A stretch of 64,000 nucleotides of DNA, taken from positions 1-64,000 of IMG/VR virus record IMGVR_UViG_3300030380_005539. The stretch is one strand, 5' to 3'. The notes under the pieces are model-generated. The model was not told the origin of the DNA. It ran no database searches and was given only the letters and a program-made list of their open reading frames with translations. This document shows, piece by piece, positions 27,439 to 36,188 of this stretch (the first letter of the stretch is position 1; every line of letters starts with the position of its first letter). This stretch comes from an uncultured virus (IMG/VR IMGVR_UViG_3300030380_005539) (taxonomy: Duplodnaviria; Heunggongvirae; Uroviricota; Caudoviricetes). The position numbers and the translations under genes are program-made.

Positions 27439-28167
27439 ATGAAAAAAGTAAAAATATACGAATCAGAAATTAAAAGAGCAGTTAGAAGGAAACTAATGGA
27501 AAATATATTGTCAGAAGAAATACCTTCTAAACAGGATATTGAAGATCGAACTGAAGCAATAGGAGATTTGACTAATCAATATAAAGAATTACAAACAGTA
27601 ATGAATACTATGAAAGAAGATTCAGAAGGTGATAAAGAGGTGAATGAAGAATTCGAAATGAAAGATACATATAGTAGAAAAAATTATAGACAATCTCCAA
27701 GAGAAAAGGATATTGAAAGTGTCTTTGGACAGTATAGTGAAGAAATACCACCATCAGTATTAAGATATATGAGAAAAAATCCTGAGAAGATAGTTAAAAG
27801 ATTATATGACATATATGGTCAACAAATGTTTGATTACATATCACCTAACTTACCTGATAACCCACAATACGAAGTTAGTATTGAGGATATTGTTAGAGAA
27901 AATATGAAAAGATTCAATACTAAGAATCTTTCAGAACAAGATAAAAAAGATAGAACAAAGCGAGGTTCAACCGCAAATAATCCAATGTTGATGCAATTCT
28001 TTTTAGAAGAAGTTGTGGACAATGAAACTACAGGAAAAGTAGTAGGTGGTACTTTAGACGCAAAAAATAGAACTATAGTAATAGAAATTGAGTATACATC
28101 TTCATATGGGAATACTTTCAGAAAATTTCTTAAAGTATCCGCTGATGATTTAATGAATTGGAATTAA
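27439..28167 (+). CDS. hypothetical protein with leader
   Basis: MKKVKIYESEIKRAVRRKLMENILSEE (start 27430 or 27439). Confidence 0.75.
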   Translation: MKKVKIYESEIKRAVRRKLMENILSEEIPSKQDIEDRTEAIGDLTNQYKELQTVMNTMKEDSEGDKEVNEEFEMKDTYSRKNYRQSPREKDIESVFGQYSEEIPPSVLRYMRKNPEKIVKRLYDIYGQQMFDYISPNLPDNPQYEVSIEDIVRENMKRFNTKNLSEQDKKDRTKRGSTANNPMLMQFFLEEVVDNETTGKVVGGTLDAKNRTIVIEIEYTSSYGNTFRKFLKVSADDLMNWN

Positions 28168-28183
28168 GAAAATAATTTTTACT

Positions 28184-28867
28184 ATGCCATTTAAATCAGA
28201 AAAACAAAGGCGTTGGATGCATATAAACGAACCCGAAATTGCACAAAGGTGGGAAGAAATGTATGAAGAAGAAATGAAAACCGAAGAAAAAAATATCAAA
28301 CCAAAAATGAAAAAAAAAGATTTAGTAGAATATATTAAATTCAAAAAAGATGGTGGGCATAAAAAATTCAAAAAATCTGATTTATTAGGTGAAGCACGAA
28401 GAGATCAATATGATTTCCCTAGATTTACTAACGAACTACAAGGTGCAGAAGTTAAAATGTTAATCAAGTATTTAGAGAAAATTAGAGAGAGTGGATTAAC
28501 TAATATGTTTGGTGCACATCCTATCTTAAATTGGACTAAAGATGATTTACATAGATGGTTATATGGTATGAGAAAAGATTTAGATTCTTTAGAACAACAA
28601 AAAGAAGATTTAGAGTACGATATAGAAAATGAAGGTGAAGATAGGGGTATATACGAATCAGAATTAGATTCATTAGAAGAACAAATAGAGATTATAAAAT
28701 ATTTATTAGATAATAAAAGAGAAGTAAGAGACATATTAATAAGAGGAGCATTAAAAAGGATTGATAATACTGGTGGTGATCACGAAACCAGAAACGTACA
28801 AAGGGTGTTTGAGAAAATGGCAAAAGATGCTTGGGTTATGTGGACTTCATTATATGGTATAGGTTAA
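28184..28867 (+). CDS. modular hypothetical protein
   Basis: N-terminal MPFKSEKQRRWM module; YLEKIRESGLTNMFGA module after LGE. Confidence 0.75.
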   Translation: MPFKSEKQRRWMHINEPEIAQRWEEMYEEEMKTEEKNIKPKMKKKDLVEYIKFKKDGGHKKFKKSDLLGEARRDQYDFPRFTNELQGAEVKMLIKYLEKIRESGLTNMFGAHPILNWTKDDLHRWLYGMRKDLDSLEQQKEDLEYDIENEGEDRGIYESELDSLEEQIEIIKYLLDNKREVRDILIRGALKRIDNTGGDHETRNVQRVFEKMAKDAWVMWTSLYGIG

Positions 28868-28877
28868 AACAAAAGAA

Positions 28878-30302
28878 ATGAAAAAGAAAATTAAAATAGA
28901 CTTAGATAAAATTACTAAGAAAGTAATTAAAGAACACCAAATGTTAAAAGGTGAGTTAAAAAGAATTGAAAAACTTAATGAAGGTATTGAATATGATCCT
29001 AATCATCCAGAAAGAATGAATCCTGATTTAGAAGGTAAATTAAGAAGTGGTGAACATCCCTTTGGTAGAAATAAAGGTTTACCTGCGACAGGTACTAATC
29101 AAAACTTTTCAGAAAAAATAGCAAGTTCTCGTTTTAAAGATATTATTAATAAAGTCAAAAGGTATCATGGTATTCAACAAATCAATCCTCAAATGATGAT
29201 GCAGATGATGATGATTATGCAACAAGTTGCCCAAATAGAAACACAACACAAAGATGCGTTAGAAAGATTAGCAGTAGAAATTGTAAGTGAGGAATTTGAT
29301 ATTCCAGATGATATGTTAGATGCGGAATTATTACCTCCGGGTTCACCATTAGATTTAGATCAAGATGAAGATGGGGAAGAAGAAGAACAGGAAGAGTTTC
29401 AGTCTAAGAGTGCTGAACGAATGGAAGAATTAGAAATTGAGGTAGATAAAAGAAATGTAATTAATGCATTAATGCAGGGAGCAGCCAAAAAAGGACATTA
29501 TATTTTCCATATGGTTGCAGATGAGTTAGACAGTATCGATCCTAGATTAATGAGTTTATATGGTAAACTAATGTCTTTAGCAGATTTCCAATATTGGGTG
29601 ATACCTGATCAAGTAATGGGCGGACAAATAGGTGGAACAGAAAAAATTAAATGGGAAAAACCTAAAGATGAAGAAGGTAATGAACAGGAGGATGAAGAAG
29701 AAGAACCAGTGGTAGAAGCTAAAGCATGGATATTCCCACTATTAGTACATGAACTTATTAAAGGTGCTATGGAATTAGCTGCATCCAATTGGGGAGAAGG
29801 TCATTTAGACTTTGAAGAACAAAAACACGTTATAGATAGAGCAGACACACCAGAAAATGAAATATGGGGAATGAGATTAGGTCCTGGTATGTGGGAAAAA
29901 TTTGTAGCTTGTATAGATGATGATGATTACAAATTAAAACAATGGTTCTTTCATGAACTTACTAAGTTACCGGCACAACAATTTCATACCTTTATGAAAG
30001 AGATATTGTCTAATAGTGCAAAATGTAAAGAAGTAATTGCACACTTAAAAGAATTACACTTAGCAGACGAGGATGAGGAGTTAGAAGATTTAATTATTGG
30101 TGATGAGGGTAACTTTGAAGATGGTTTAGATGACTTAATGGTTGATGCTGGTGTTGCACCACCACAAGATGAACCAAGTGAAGAAGTAGATGTTGAAGTT
30201 GATTATTCAGAAATGTCACCTAGAGAAATACAAGATCTTATAGATGATGCATTAGATGCGGGTGATTTTGATACCGTAGGTATGTTATCTAAGTATTTAT
30301 AA
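28878..30302 (+). CDS. hypothetical protein with C-terminal IDEAL/UVR-like motif
   Basis: Leader ending ITKKVIKE; C-terminal EIQDLIDDALDAGDF. Confidence 0.75.
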   Translation: MKKKIKIDLDKITKKVIKEHQMLKGELKRIEKLNEGIEYDPNHPERMNPDLEGKLRSGEHPFGRNKGLPATGTNQNFSEKIASSRFKDIINKVKRYHGIQQINPQMMMQMMMIMQQVAQIETQHKDALERLAVEIVSEEFDIPDDMLDAELLPPGSPLDLDQDEDGEEEEQEEFQSKSAERMEELEIEVDKRNVINALMQGAAKKGHYIFHMVADELDSIDPRLMSLYGKLMSLADFQYWVIPDQVMGGQIGGTEKIKWEKPKDEEGNEQEDEEEEPVVEAKAWIFPLLVHELIKGAMELAASNWGEGHLDFEEQKHVIDRADTPENEIWGMRLGPGMWEKFVACIDDDDYKLKQWFFHELTKLPAQQFHTFMKEILSNSAKCKEVIAHLKELHLADEDEELEDLIIGDEGNFEDGLDDLMVDAGVAPPQDEPSEEVDVEVDYSEMSPREIQDLIDDALDAGDFDTVGMLSKYL

Positions 30303-30321
30303 AATTATAAAAAAATAATAT

Positions 30322-30346
30322 ATCCCACTTAGGTGGGATTTTTTTT
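30322..30346 (+). terminator. Rho-independent terminator
   Basis: ATCCCAC / GTGGGAT stem followed by a T run. Confidence 0.8.
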
Positions 30347-30380
30347 GCTCTTTCGTAATATTTATTAATAAAACATTGCG

Positions 30381-31682
30381 ATGAAAATTAAATTAACAGA
30401 ATCACAACTGAAAAGAGTTTTAAATGAAATGCGTTTTGATGGTAAATCTACCGGTTTATTTTCAGAAGAAGAACATATAGACGAGGGTAGAAAGAAAAGG
30501 AGAAAAAAACGTAAATCAAGTAAACGTAAATCTAAGAAAAAGAAAAATACATTATGTGCTAGAGGTAAGAGCGCTGCTAAGGCAAAGTTTGATGTTTATC
30601 CATCGGCTTATGCTAATGGATATGCAGTTCAAGTATGTAAAGGTAAAATAAAAGGTTTAGATGGTACTAAAAAATGTAGTGGAAGTTACTGTAGAGGAAA
30701 AAAAAATGAATCTTACGAAATAGGTGAGTTAGAAGTTGTAGAAAGGTTAGACGAAGATTTAGCCGTATGGTTCGGTACAAAAAAAAAGAAAAAAGGGGGT
30801 AAACAACCACAAGGACCATGGGTAAACATATGTAGAAAAAAGAAAGGTGGTGGACACCCTACATGTGGAAGAAGTGATTCAGATAAAGGAGGTTATCCTG
30901 TATGTAGAGCAAAAAGTGTTGCAGCTAATATGTCACAATCTGCAAAAGATTCAGCATGTAGACGTAAAAGAGAAAAAGAAAAGAATGATGGTAAATCGGG
31001 TAAAGGACAATCCCCTAGCCCAATTAAAGTAAAAAATTACAAACCAAGAAAAAGAAAAAAGTCTAAAAAGAATGAATCAGTAAACATCAACAGAATGATG
31101 ATTACTGAAAACAGAACAATTGTTAGTGAAGGATTAAGATATCATTTAGATAATCAAATACCTTTATCAGAAAACATTTATAGATACGGTAGTGAATCTT
31201 TTTTTAATTTAATTAATGAAGTAAGAAAATTACATAGTAGTAATAAAGTTAATTTATCTTATTTAGATGAAGAATTACTTAAAACAGATATTGGTAGGAA
31301 AGCAGTATTTGAGGGTAAAGAAGTTTGGCTAGATATCCCAATGGAAGACAATGAAATTTTAACTGAAGCAAAATTTAGAGGTAAGACAGTAAAGACTAGT
31401 TCTCCACAAAGAAGTTCTTCTGGTGGTAAAGCATATAGAGTATATGTAAGTGGATGTGTTAATAAAACCAAATCCAACCCATCTGGAGTAAAACAAATTA
31501 GATTTGGTTCAGGTGGATTAAAGGCTAAGTTAAGTAATAAAGATGCTAAGAAATCCTACAACGCTAGACACGGTTGTTCTAAAGGTAGACATAACGATAA
31601 ATGTAAGGCAGGATATTGGTCTTGTAGGTTACCAAGATACGCTAAGAAATTAGGATTATCTGGTGGTGGAACATGGTGGTAA
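30381..31682 (+). CDS. LTE-leader polyprotein-like protein with basic, Cys-rich modules
   Basis: MKIKLTESQLKRVLNE; four modules separated by IDE, KNE/LDE, KNE/ITE and LTE. Confidence 0.8.
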   Translation: MKIKLTESQLKRVLNEMRFDGKSTGLFSEEEHIDEGRKKRRKKRKSSKRKSKKKKNTLCARGKSAAKAKFDVYPSAYANGYAVQVCKGKIKGLDGTKKCSGSYCRGKKNESYEIGELEVVERLDEDLAVWFGTKKKKKGGKQPQGPWVNICRKKKGGGHPTCGRSDSDKGGYPVCRAKSVAANMSQSAKDSACRRKREKEKNDGKSGKGQSPSPIKVKNYKPRKRKKSKKNESVNINRMMITENRTIVSEGLRYHLDNQIPLSENIYRYGSESFFNLINEVRKLHSSNKVNLSYLDEELLKTDIGRKAVFEGKEVWLDIPMEDNEILTEAKFRGKTVKTSSPQRSSSGGKAYRVYVSGCVNKTKSNPSGVKQIRFGSGGLKAKLSNKDAKKSYNARHGCSKGRHNDKCKAGYWSCRLPRYAKKLGLSGGGTWW

Positions 31683-31692
31683 AAAAAAAGAT

Positions 31693-31959
31693 ATGAAAAA
31701 GATAAAATTAACAGAAAAGGATTTATTGAGAATAGTTAAGAAAACTATTAAGGAAGATAGAAAAACTGAAAATTACATGTTTTTTAGTAACCTTAAACAA
31801 ATGAGAAGACAGATTGATATGATGTTGGAAAATTTAAATCCTCATTGGGTAGATTCAACATTGGCAGATGGGCACGATTGGGCAGATGATAAGATAAGTG
31901 AATCTAAAACAAATATTGATAGTGTATTCGATTTCTTTATGAATAAAAAAGAAGAGTAA
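31693..31959 (+). CDS. hypothetical protein with LTE-type leader
   Basis: MKKIKLTEKDLLRIVKKTIKE from ATG 31693. Confidence 0.8.
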   Translation: MKKIKLTEKDLLRIVKKTIKEDRKTENYMFFSNLKQMRRQIDMMLENLNPHWVDSTLADGHDWADDKISESKTNIDSVFDFFMNKKEE

Positions 31960-32219
31960 TGAGTTTACCATTTAAAGAAAAGTTAGATAATGGATATCAT
32001 ATTAGAACATTCTCTAATGAAACTGATAGTGGTGAATTAGTGTGGCATAGAGACAAAGAAGATAGAATTGTAGAATCTATAGGTGACACTAACTGGATGA
32101 TTCAATTAGACAATGAAATACCTAAACCTTTAACTGAAAGAACCTTTATACCTAAAGAGGTATATCATAGAGTAATAAAAGGAGATGGAGATTTAAAAGT
32201 AAGAATTAAAAAACTATGA
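31959..32219 (+). CDS. small cupin-like protein
   Basis: ELVWHRDKEDR...FIPKEVYHRVIKG (two-His cupin-like pattern). Confidence 0.65.
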   Translation: MSLPFKEKLDNGYHIRTFSNETDSGELVWHRDKEDRIVESIGDTNWMIQLDNEIPKPLTERTFIPKEVYHRVIKGDGDLKVRIKKL

Positions 32220-33460
32220 ATTTAAACTTCCAACATATAATTAACGAAAGTATTGAGGACAACCCTAAAATAGAAAACATGATGTTTCGTCTGTTTAATA
32301 GGGAGTTTTTTAATATATGGAGGGATAAAGATGATAGTCCTCATAGAACAGGTTTTAGGTACGATAATGTTGCACAGGTATTAGATTACTTTGGAGAAAT
32401 GGTTGCATTAGAACAGGAAGTTGTTTTATATTTTTTCATAAAATGGACACTAGATCCTAATTCTAAATGGAATGAAGAAGATATTGGTAATATATTTAGT
32501 GAGTTTCAGATAGATGAGTTAAGGGGTTGGAGAGATATAACTAATATATATGGTATATTGAAAAAGTTAGATTTTTTCAATAAAACTTTTAACACAGGAA
32601 AAACTGATAAAGATGGGAATCCCGAAAAACTTAATTATTATGATACTATGTCATTTAGTGATACCGAAGGATTATATCCTAATATGGTATTGTCTGTTGA
32701 TGGGTGGGATGATTTAACAGAGTTATTTAAAAATGAGGAGTTGGCAGAAGAGGTATTTAGTGAAGATCATAGTGATTTCTTTTCTTATTACGATACCCCA
32801 ATGGATGAGATAGTCTCAGATATGACAGGAAAGGCAATGGATAGTGTAATAGAATCCATTCCTGCATATACAGACAAAATTATGGTTGGTGTGAATGGAG
32901 GAGAAGAGTTATATGAAATGGGTATGTCTGAAGAGGTTGTAGGTGATGATGATTTCTTAGACATTAACCCAACTTTTATAAATACATTAAGAACACAGAT
33001 AAAAAATAATGAAGTAGATGGGGAAGATGTTTTAGAATTTTTATTAAATCATGGTGAACTGATTGACTTAGAAAGAGATATTAGAAGTGCATACGAAAGA
33101 ACAATGAATGATGTGATAGAAACAGACATGAGGAATAGGGGTATAGAAGAAATTACTGAGTTATTTGGTAGTAAACCAGATTGGGTAGAAAATACTAAAA
33201 GTGGGGATAGTAGAAGATATGATTTAAAAGTACCAATACCTACAGAATTAATAGATAGGGTAATTGAACATTATATTGATGTTGAAAGCGCTTTTGTTGA
33301 GGAACAAGAATCAAACTTTGTAGATGCGGTTGTAGAAATGTTAGATCAGGAAAGTGATTTATTAGACTTACCTAATTTAGACTACTACTATCCTGACACT
33401 ACAAAGGCGAAAGAGTGGTTTGAAGAGAGTTTATATAATTATTTAGAAATGAGTGCGTAA
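32216..33460 (+). CDS. acidic hypothetical protein
   Basis: 414 aa; N-terminus ends in IINE. Confidence 0.75.
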   Translation: MNLNFQHIINESIEDNPKIENMMFRLFNREFFNIWRDKDDSPHRTGFRYDNVAQVLDYFGEMVALEQEVVLYFFIKWTLDPNSKWNEEDIGNIFSEFQIDELRGWRDITNIYGILKKLDFFNKTFNTGKTDKDGNPEKLNYYDTMSFSDTEGLYPNMVLSVDGWDDLTELFKNEELAEEVFSEDHSDFFSYYDTPMDEIVSDMTGKAMDSVIESIPAYTDKIMVGVNGGEELYEMGMSEEVVGDDDFLDINPTFINTLRTQIKNNEVDGEDVLEFLLNHGELIDLERDIRSAYERTMNDVIETDMRNRGIEEITELFGSKPDWVENTKSGDSRRYDLKVPIPTELIDRVIEHYIDVESAFVEEQESNFVDAVVEMLDQESDLLDLPNLDYYYPDTTKAKEWFEESLYNYLEMSA

Positions 33461-33464
33461 TATT

Positions 33465-34301
33465 ATGAAGATTAAATTAACAGAGGAACAATATCGTAAG
33501 TTTGTATCGGAAGATACTAACCGCACTAACTTTATGGATAAAGTTTATAAAGAAATTGAAAATGATGATTTTGAATATGTTTGGGATTTAATAGTAAATA
33601 CATATGGGTTTACTGTAGATGAAGTTATAGAAGATGAGATGTTATATCACTTATTAGGTTATAAAATGTTAGATAGAGTACGAAATTCGGGTTACTTAGG
33701 TTTTAATCCTAGACCTTATAGAAGGTATATGAATGCAATTGCAGAAAAACTTAGTGATGACGTATATGTATCCAATATCCCACCCCCACAGAAGGCAATA
33801 GAACTAAAACAAATACTTTATTTATTTGATGATTCGGTGGCAGGAAATGAAACCGTAGAAAGAATTCTATTGTCAATAGAACCCGCACTAGAATACCTTT
33901 TTAAAAATAACCCACCTAAAAAAGCAATACAATTAGCATCAATTTTATATAAAAAAATAAGGGGTATAGGTTTTGATGGGGAAATTATAAATAAAATTCA
34001 TAATTTTGCAGAAAGACACGGACTAGTGCTATTCCCTAAAACTGCGGGACTAACTTTTGAGAAAAAGGATGGTATGATACAGTCACTAATAAATTACATT
34101 CAAGAAAAACCTAAGAAAACTAAAGAAGGATTTTTAAGATATATAAATTCTAGAGGTAGATCATCAGGACAACACTCAACATTTTTTAGAGCGGCAGTAC
34201 ATGCGGGTATTATTAAAAAAGTTAGGGATGGTAGAACAATCACTTACGAATTAGGACCCAATTACGAAGCGTGGAAAAACGGTAATTTAGTTGCATTTTA
34301 A
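33465..34301 (+). CDS. hypothetical protein with LTE-type leader, possible C-terminal winged helix
   Basis: MKIKLTEEQYRKFVSE; C-terminal STFFRAAVHAGIIKKVRDGRTITYELG. Confidence 0.75.
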   Translation: MKIKLTEEQYRKFVSEDTNRTNFMDKVYKEIENDDFEYVWDLIVNTYGFTVDEVIEDEMLYHLLGYKMLDRVRNSGYLGFNPRPYRRYMNAIAEKLSDDVYVSNIPPPQKAIELKQILYLFDDSVAGNETVERILLSIEPALEYLFKNNPPKKAIQLASILYKKIRGIGFDGEIINKIHNFAERHGLVLFPKTAGLTFEKKDGMIQSLINYIQEKPKKTKEGFLRYINSRGRSSGQHSTFFRAAVHAGIIKKVRDGRTITYELGPNYEAWKNGNLVAF

Positions 34302-34342
34302 CTATTTATTTACATTTTGATATTTATTAGTAAACTTATCTT

Positions 34343-36136
34343 ATGGATAGAGGACAACAATTAAAGGTATATGCGAAGTGTTTGGGTGATCCTATATACG
34401 CAATAGAGACGTTTCTTAAAACATATGATTTAACACAAAAAGGATTTGTTCCTTTTAAATTATTTCATAAACAGAAAGAAATAATTAAATCATATGAAAA
34501 ACATAATCGTAATATTGTAACTAAACCAAGACAGGCAGGTGTATCTACAACTACTGCAGCATATATTGCAGCAAAAATTGCGTTTGGTGATCCTAATAAT
34601 CCTTGGAAAGTACTAGTATTAGCCAATAAACAAACATTAGCACAAGAGTTTTTAAAAAAAATAAAAGATTTCTTAGATCAGATACCATCATGGGTATGGG
34701 GTATTGATGAAGGGGATTCTTATTTATCTATTGAAGCCAAAGGACATATCAAAACTAAAGACACTCAATGTGAAGTAAAAGCATTAGCAACATCAAAAGA
34801 TGCACTTAGGGGTTATACACCGACATTTTTAATTATGGATGAGGCAGCGTTTATCGATAATGGTGCAGAAGTATTCGGTGCCGCTTTAACATCGTTAGGT
34901 ACGGGTGGTAAGGTAACACTTATTTCAACACCTAATGGTCAAGATGCATTATATTATAAAACTTATGATGGTGCAAAACAAGGGGATAATAACTTCAATA
35001 TAATTGAAATGAGGTGGCATGAAGATATTAGATACAATAGAGGTTTAAGGTGGTTAAGAGGTGAAAATGAGGAAATTGTTTGTGAGACAGTAGGTAGAGA
35101 AACATTAAGGTGGGAATATAGTGGTAAAACTTACGAAACTAATAGTATAGATATTAAAGACTATAATATAATGGTTAGTGATGGTTGGAAAGGTTCTTCT
35201 CCATGGTATGAAGAAATGTGTAGAGACATGAATGGGGATAAAAAACAAATTGCACAAGAATTAGATGTATCATTTGTATCCTCTGGTGGTAATGTTATTG
35301 ATGATGAATACATAGAATTTCAAGAACAAAATAATGTACAAGAACCTAAATATAAGGCAGAGATGGAAAAATCTATGTGGATATGGAAAGAACCAGAAGA
35401 AGGTCATAAATATATTATGGGTGTGGATGTTTCTAGAGGTGATGGTAAAGATAGTTCTACTATTGTTATTTTAGATTTTGAAAACTTAGAACAAGTTGCA
35501 GAATTTAAATATAAATTACCTCCAGATTTGTTGGCAGAAATAGTTTATAAATATGGTAATTTATATAATGCATATACTGTAGTAGATATTACAGGTGGTA
35601 TGGGAGTTTCTACAGTTATGAAATTATTAGAAATGGGATACACACATTTACACTACGATGATCCTAAAAGTAGAAAATTAAGTGAAAAATATGCTAAAAC
35701 CTTATATAAACAAGGGGATAAAGTACCTGGTTTTAATGTGGGTAGTAGTAGATTACAAATGGTTAGTGATTTAGAAGAACATATTAGGGAGAATAAAACT
35801 ATTATACGATCAGTAAGATTAATTTCAGAATTAAAAACTTTTGTCTATAGAAATGGTAGACCAGATCATATGGATGGATATCATGATGATATAATTATGG
35901 CATTAGCAATGCCAATATTTGTGGTACAAACTACGTTTAAAAAATTAAAACAGATAGAAAATCAAACTAGAGCAATGTTAGATAGTTGGACTACAGTTAG
36001 TAATAATACTAATAAGATTACACCTAAACAAACACATGTAAATCCATTTTATAGTAATACCCCTACATATGAACCTAAACAAAATAATGGAAATAACGAT
36101 AATGGAGAATATAATTGGTTATTTGGTATAAAGTAA
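34343..36136 (+). CDS. terL: terminase large subunit (T4 gp17-like)
   Basis: Walker A KPRQAGVST, Walker B LIMDEAAF, STPNG coupling motif, nuclease motifs GVDVSRG and HDDIIMA. Confidence 0.95.
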   Translation: MDRGQQLKVYAKCLGDPIYAIETFLKTYDLTQKGFVPFKLFHKQKEIIKSYEKHNRNIVTKPRQAGVSTTTAAYIAAKIAFGDPNNPWKVLVLANKQTLAQEFLKKIKDFLDQIPSWVWGIDEGDSYLSIEAKGHIKTKDTQCEVKALATSKDALRGYTPTFLIMDEAAFIDNGAEVFGAALTSLGTGGKVTLISTPNGQDALYYKTYDGAKQGDNNFNIIEMRWHEDIRYNRGLRWLRGENEEIVCETVGRETLRWEYSGKTYETNSIDIKDYNIMVSDGWKGSSPWYEEMCRDMNGDKKQIAQELDVSFVSSGGNVIDDEYIEFQEQNNVQEPKYKAEMEKSMWIWKEPEEGHKYIMGVDVSRGDGKDSSTIVILDFENLEQVAEFKYKLPPDLLAEIVYKYGNLYNAYTVVDITGGMGVSTVMKLLEMGYTHLHYDDPKSRKLSEKYAKTLYKQGDKVPGFNVGSSRLQMVSDLEEHIRENKTIIRSVRLISELKTFVYRNGRPDHMDGYHDDIIMALAMPIFVVQTTFKKLKQIENQTRAMLDSWTTVSNNTNKITPKQTHVNPFYSNTPTYEPKQNNGNNDNGEYNWLFGIK

Positions 36137-36188
36137 TATTTAGTTTTTACTAGATATTTATTATAATAGTAAAAAGATATTTAATAAA

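Noticed and set aside
8014..33460. Paralogy between the acidic proteins at 8014 and 32216
   Set aside because: The resemblance may be only compositional (Asp/Glu/Tyr-rich); I could not establish an alignment by eye.
35030..35200. Possible intein or intron in the terminase
   Set aside because: The extra segment is short, in frame, and lacks intein splice motifs or an endonuclease.
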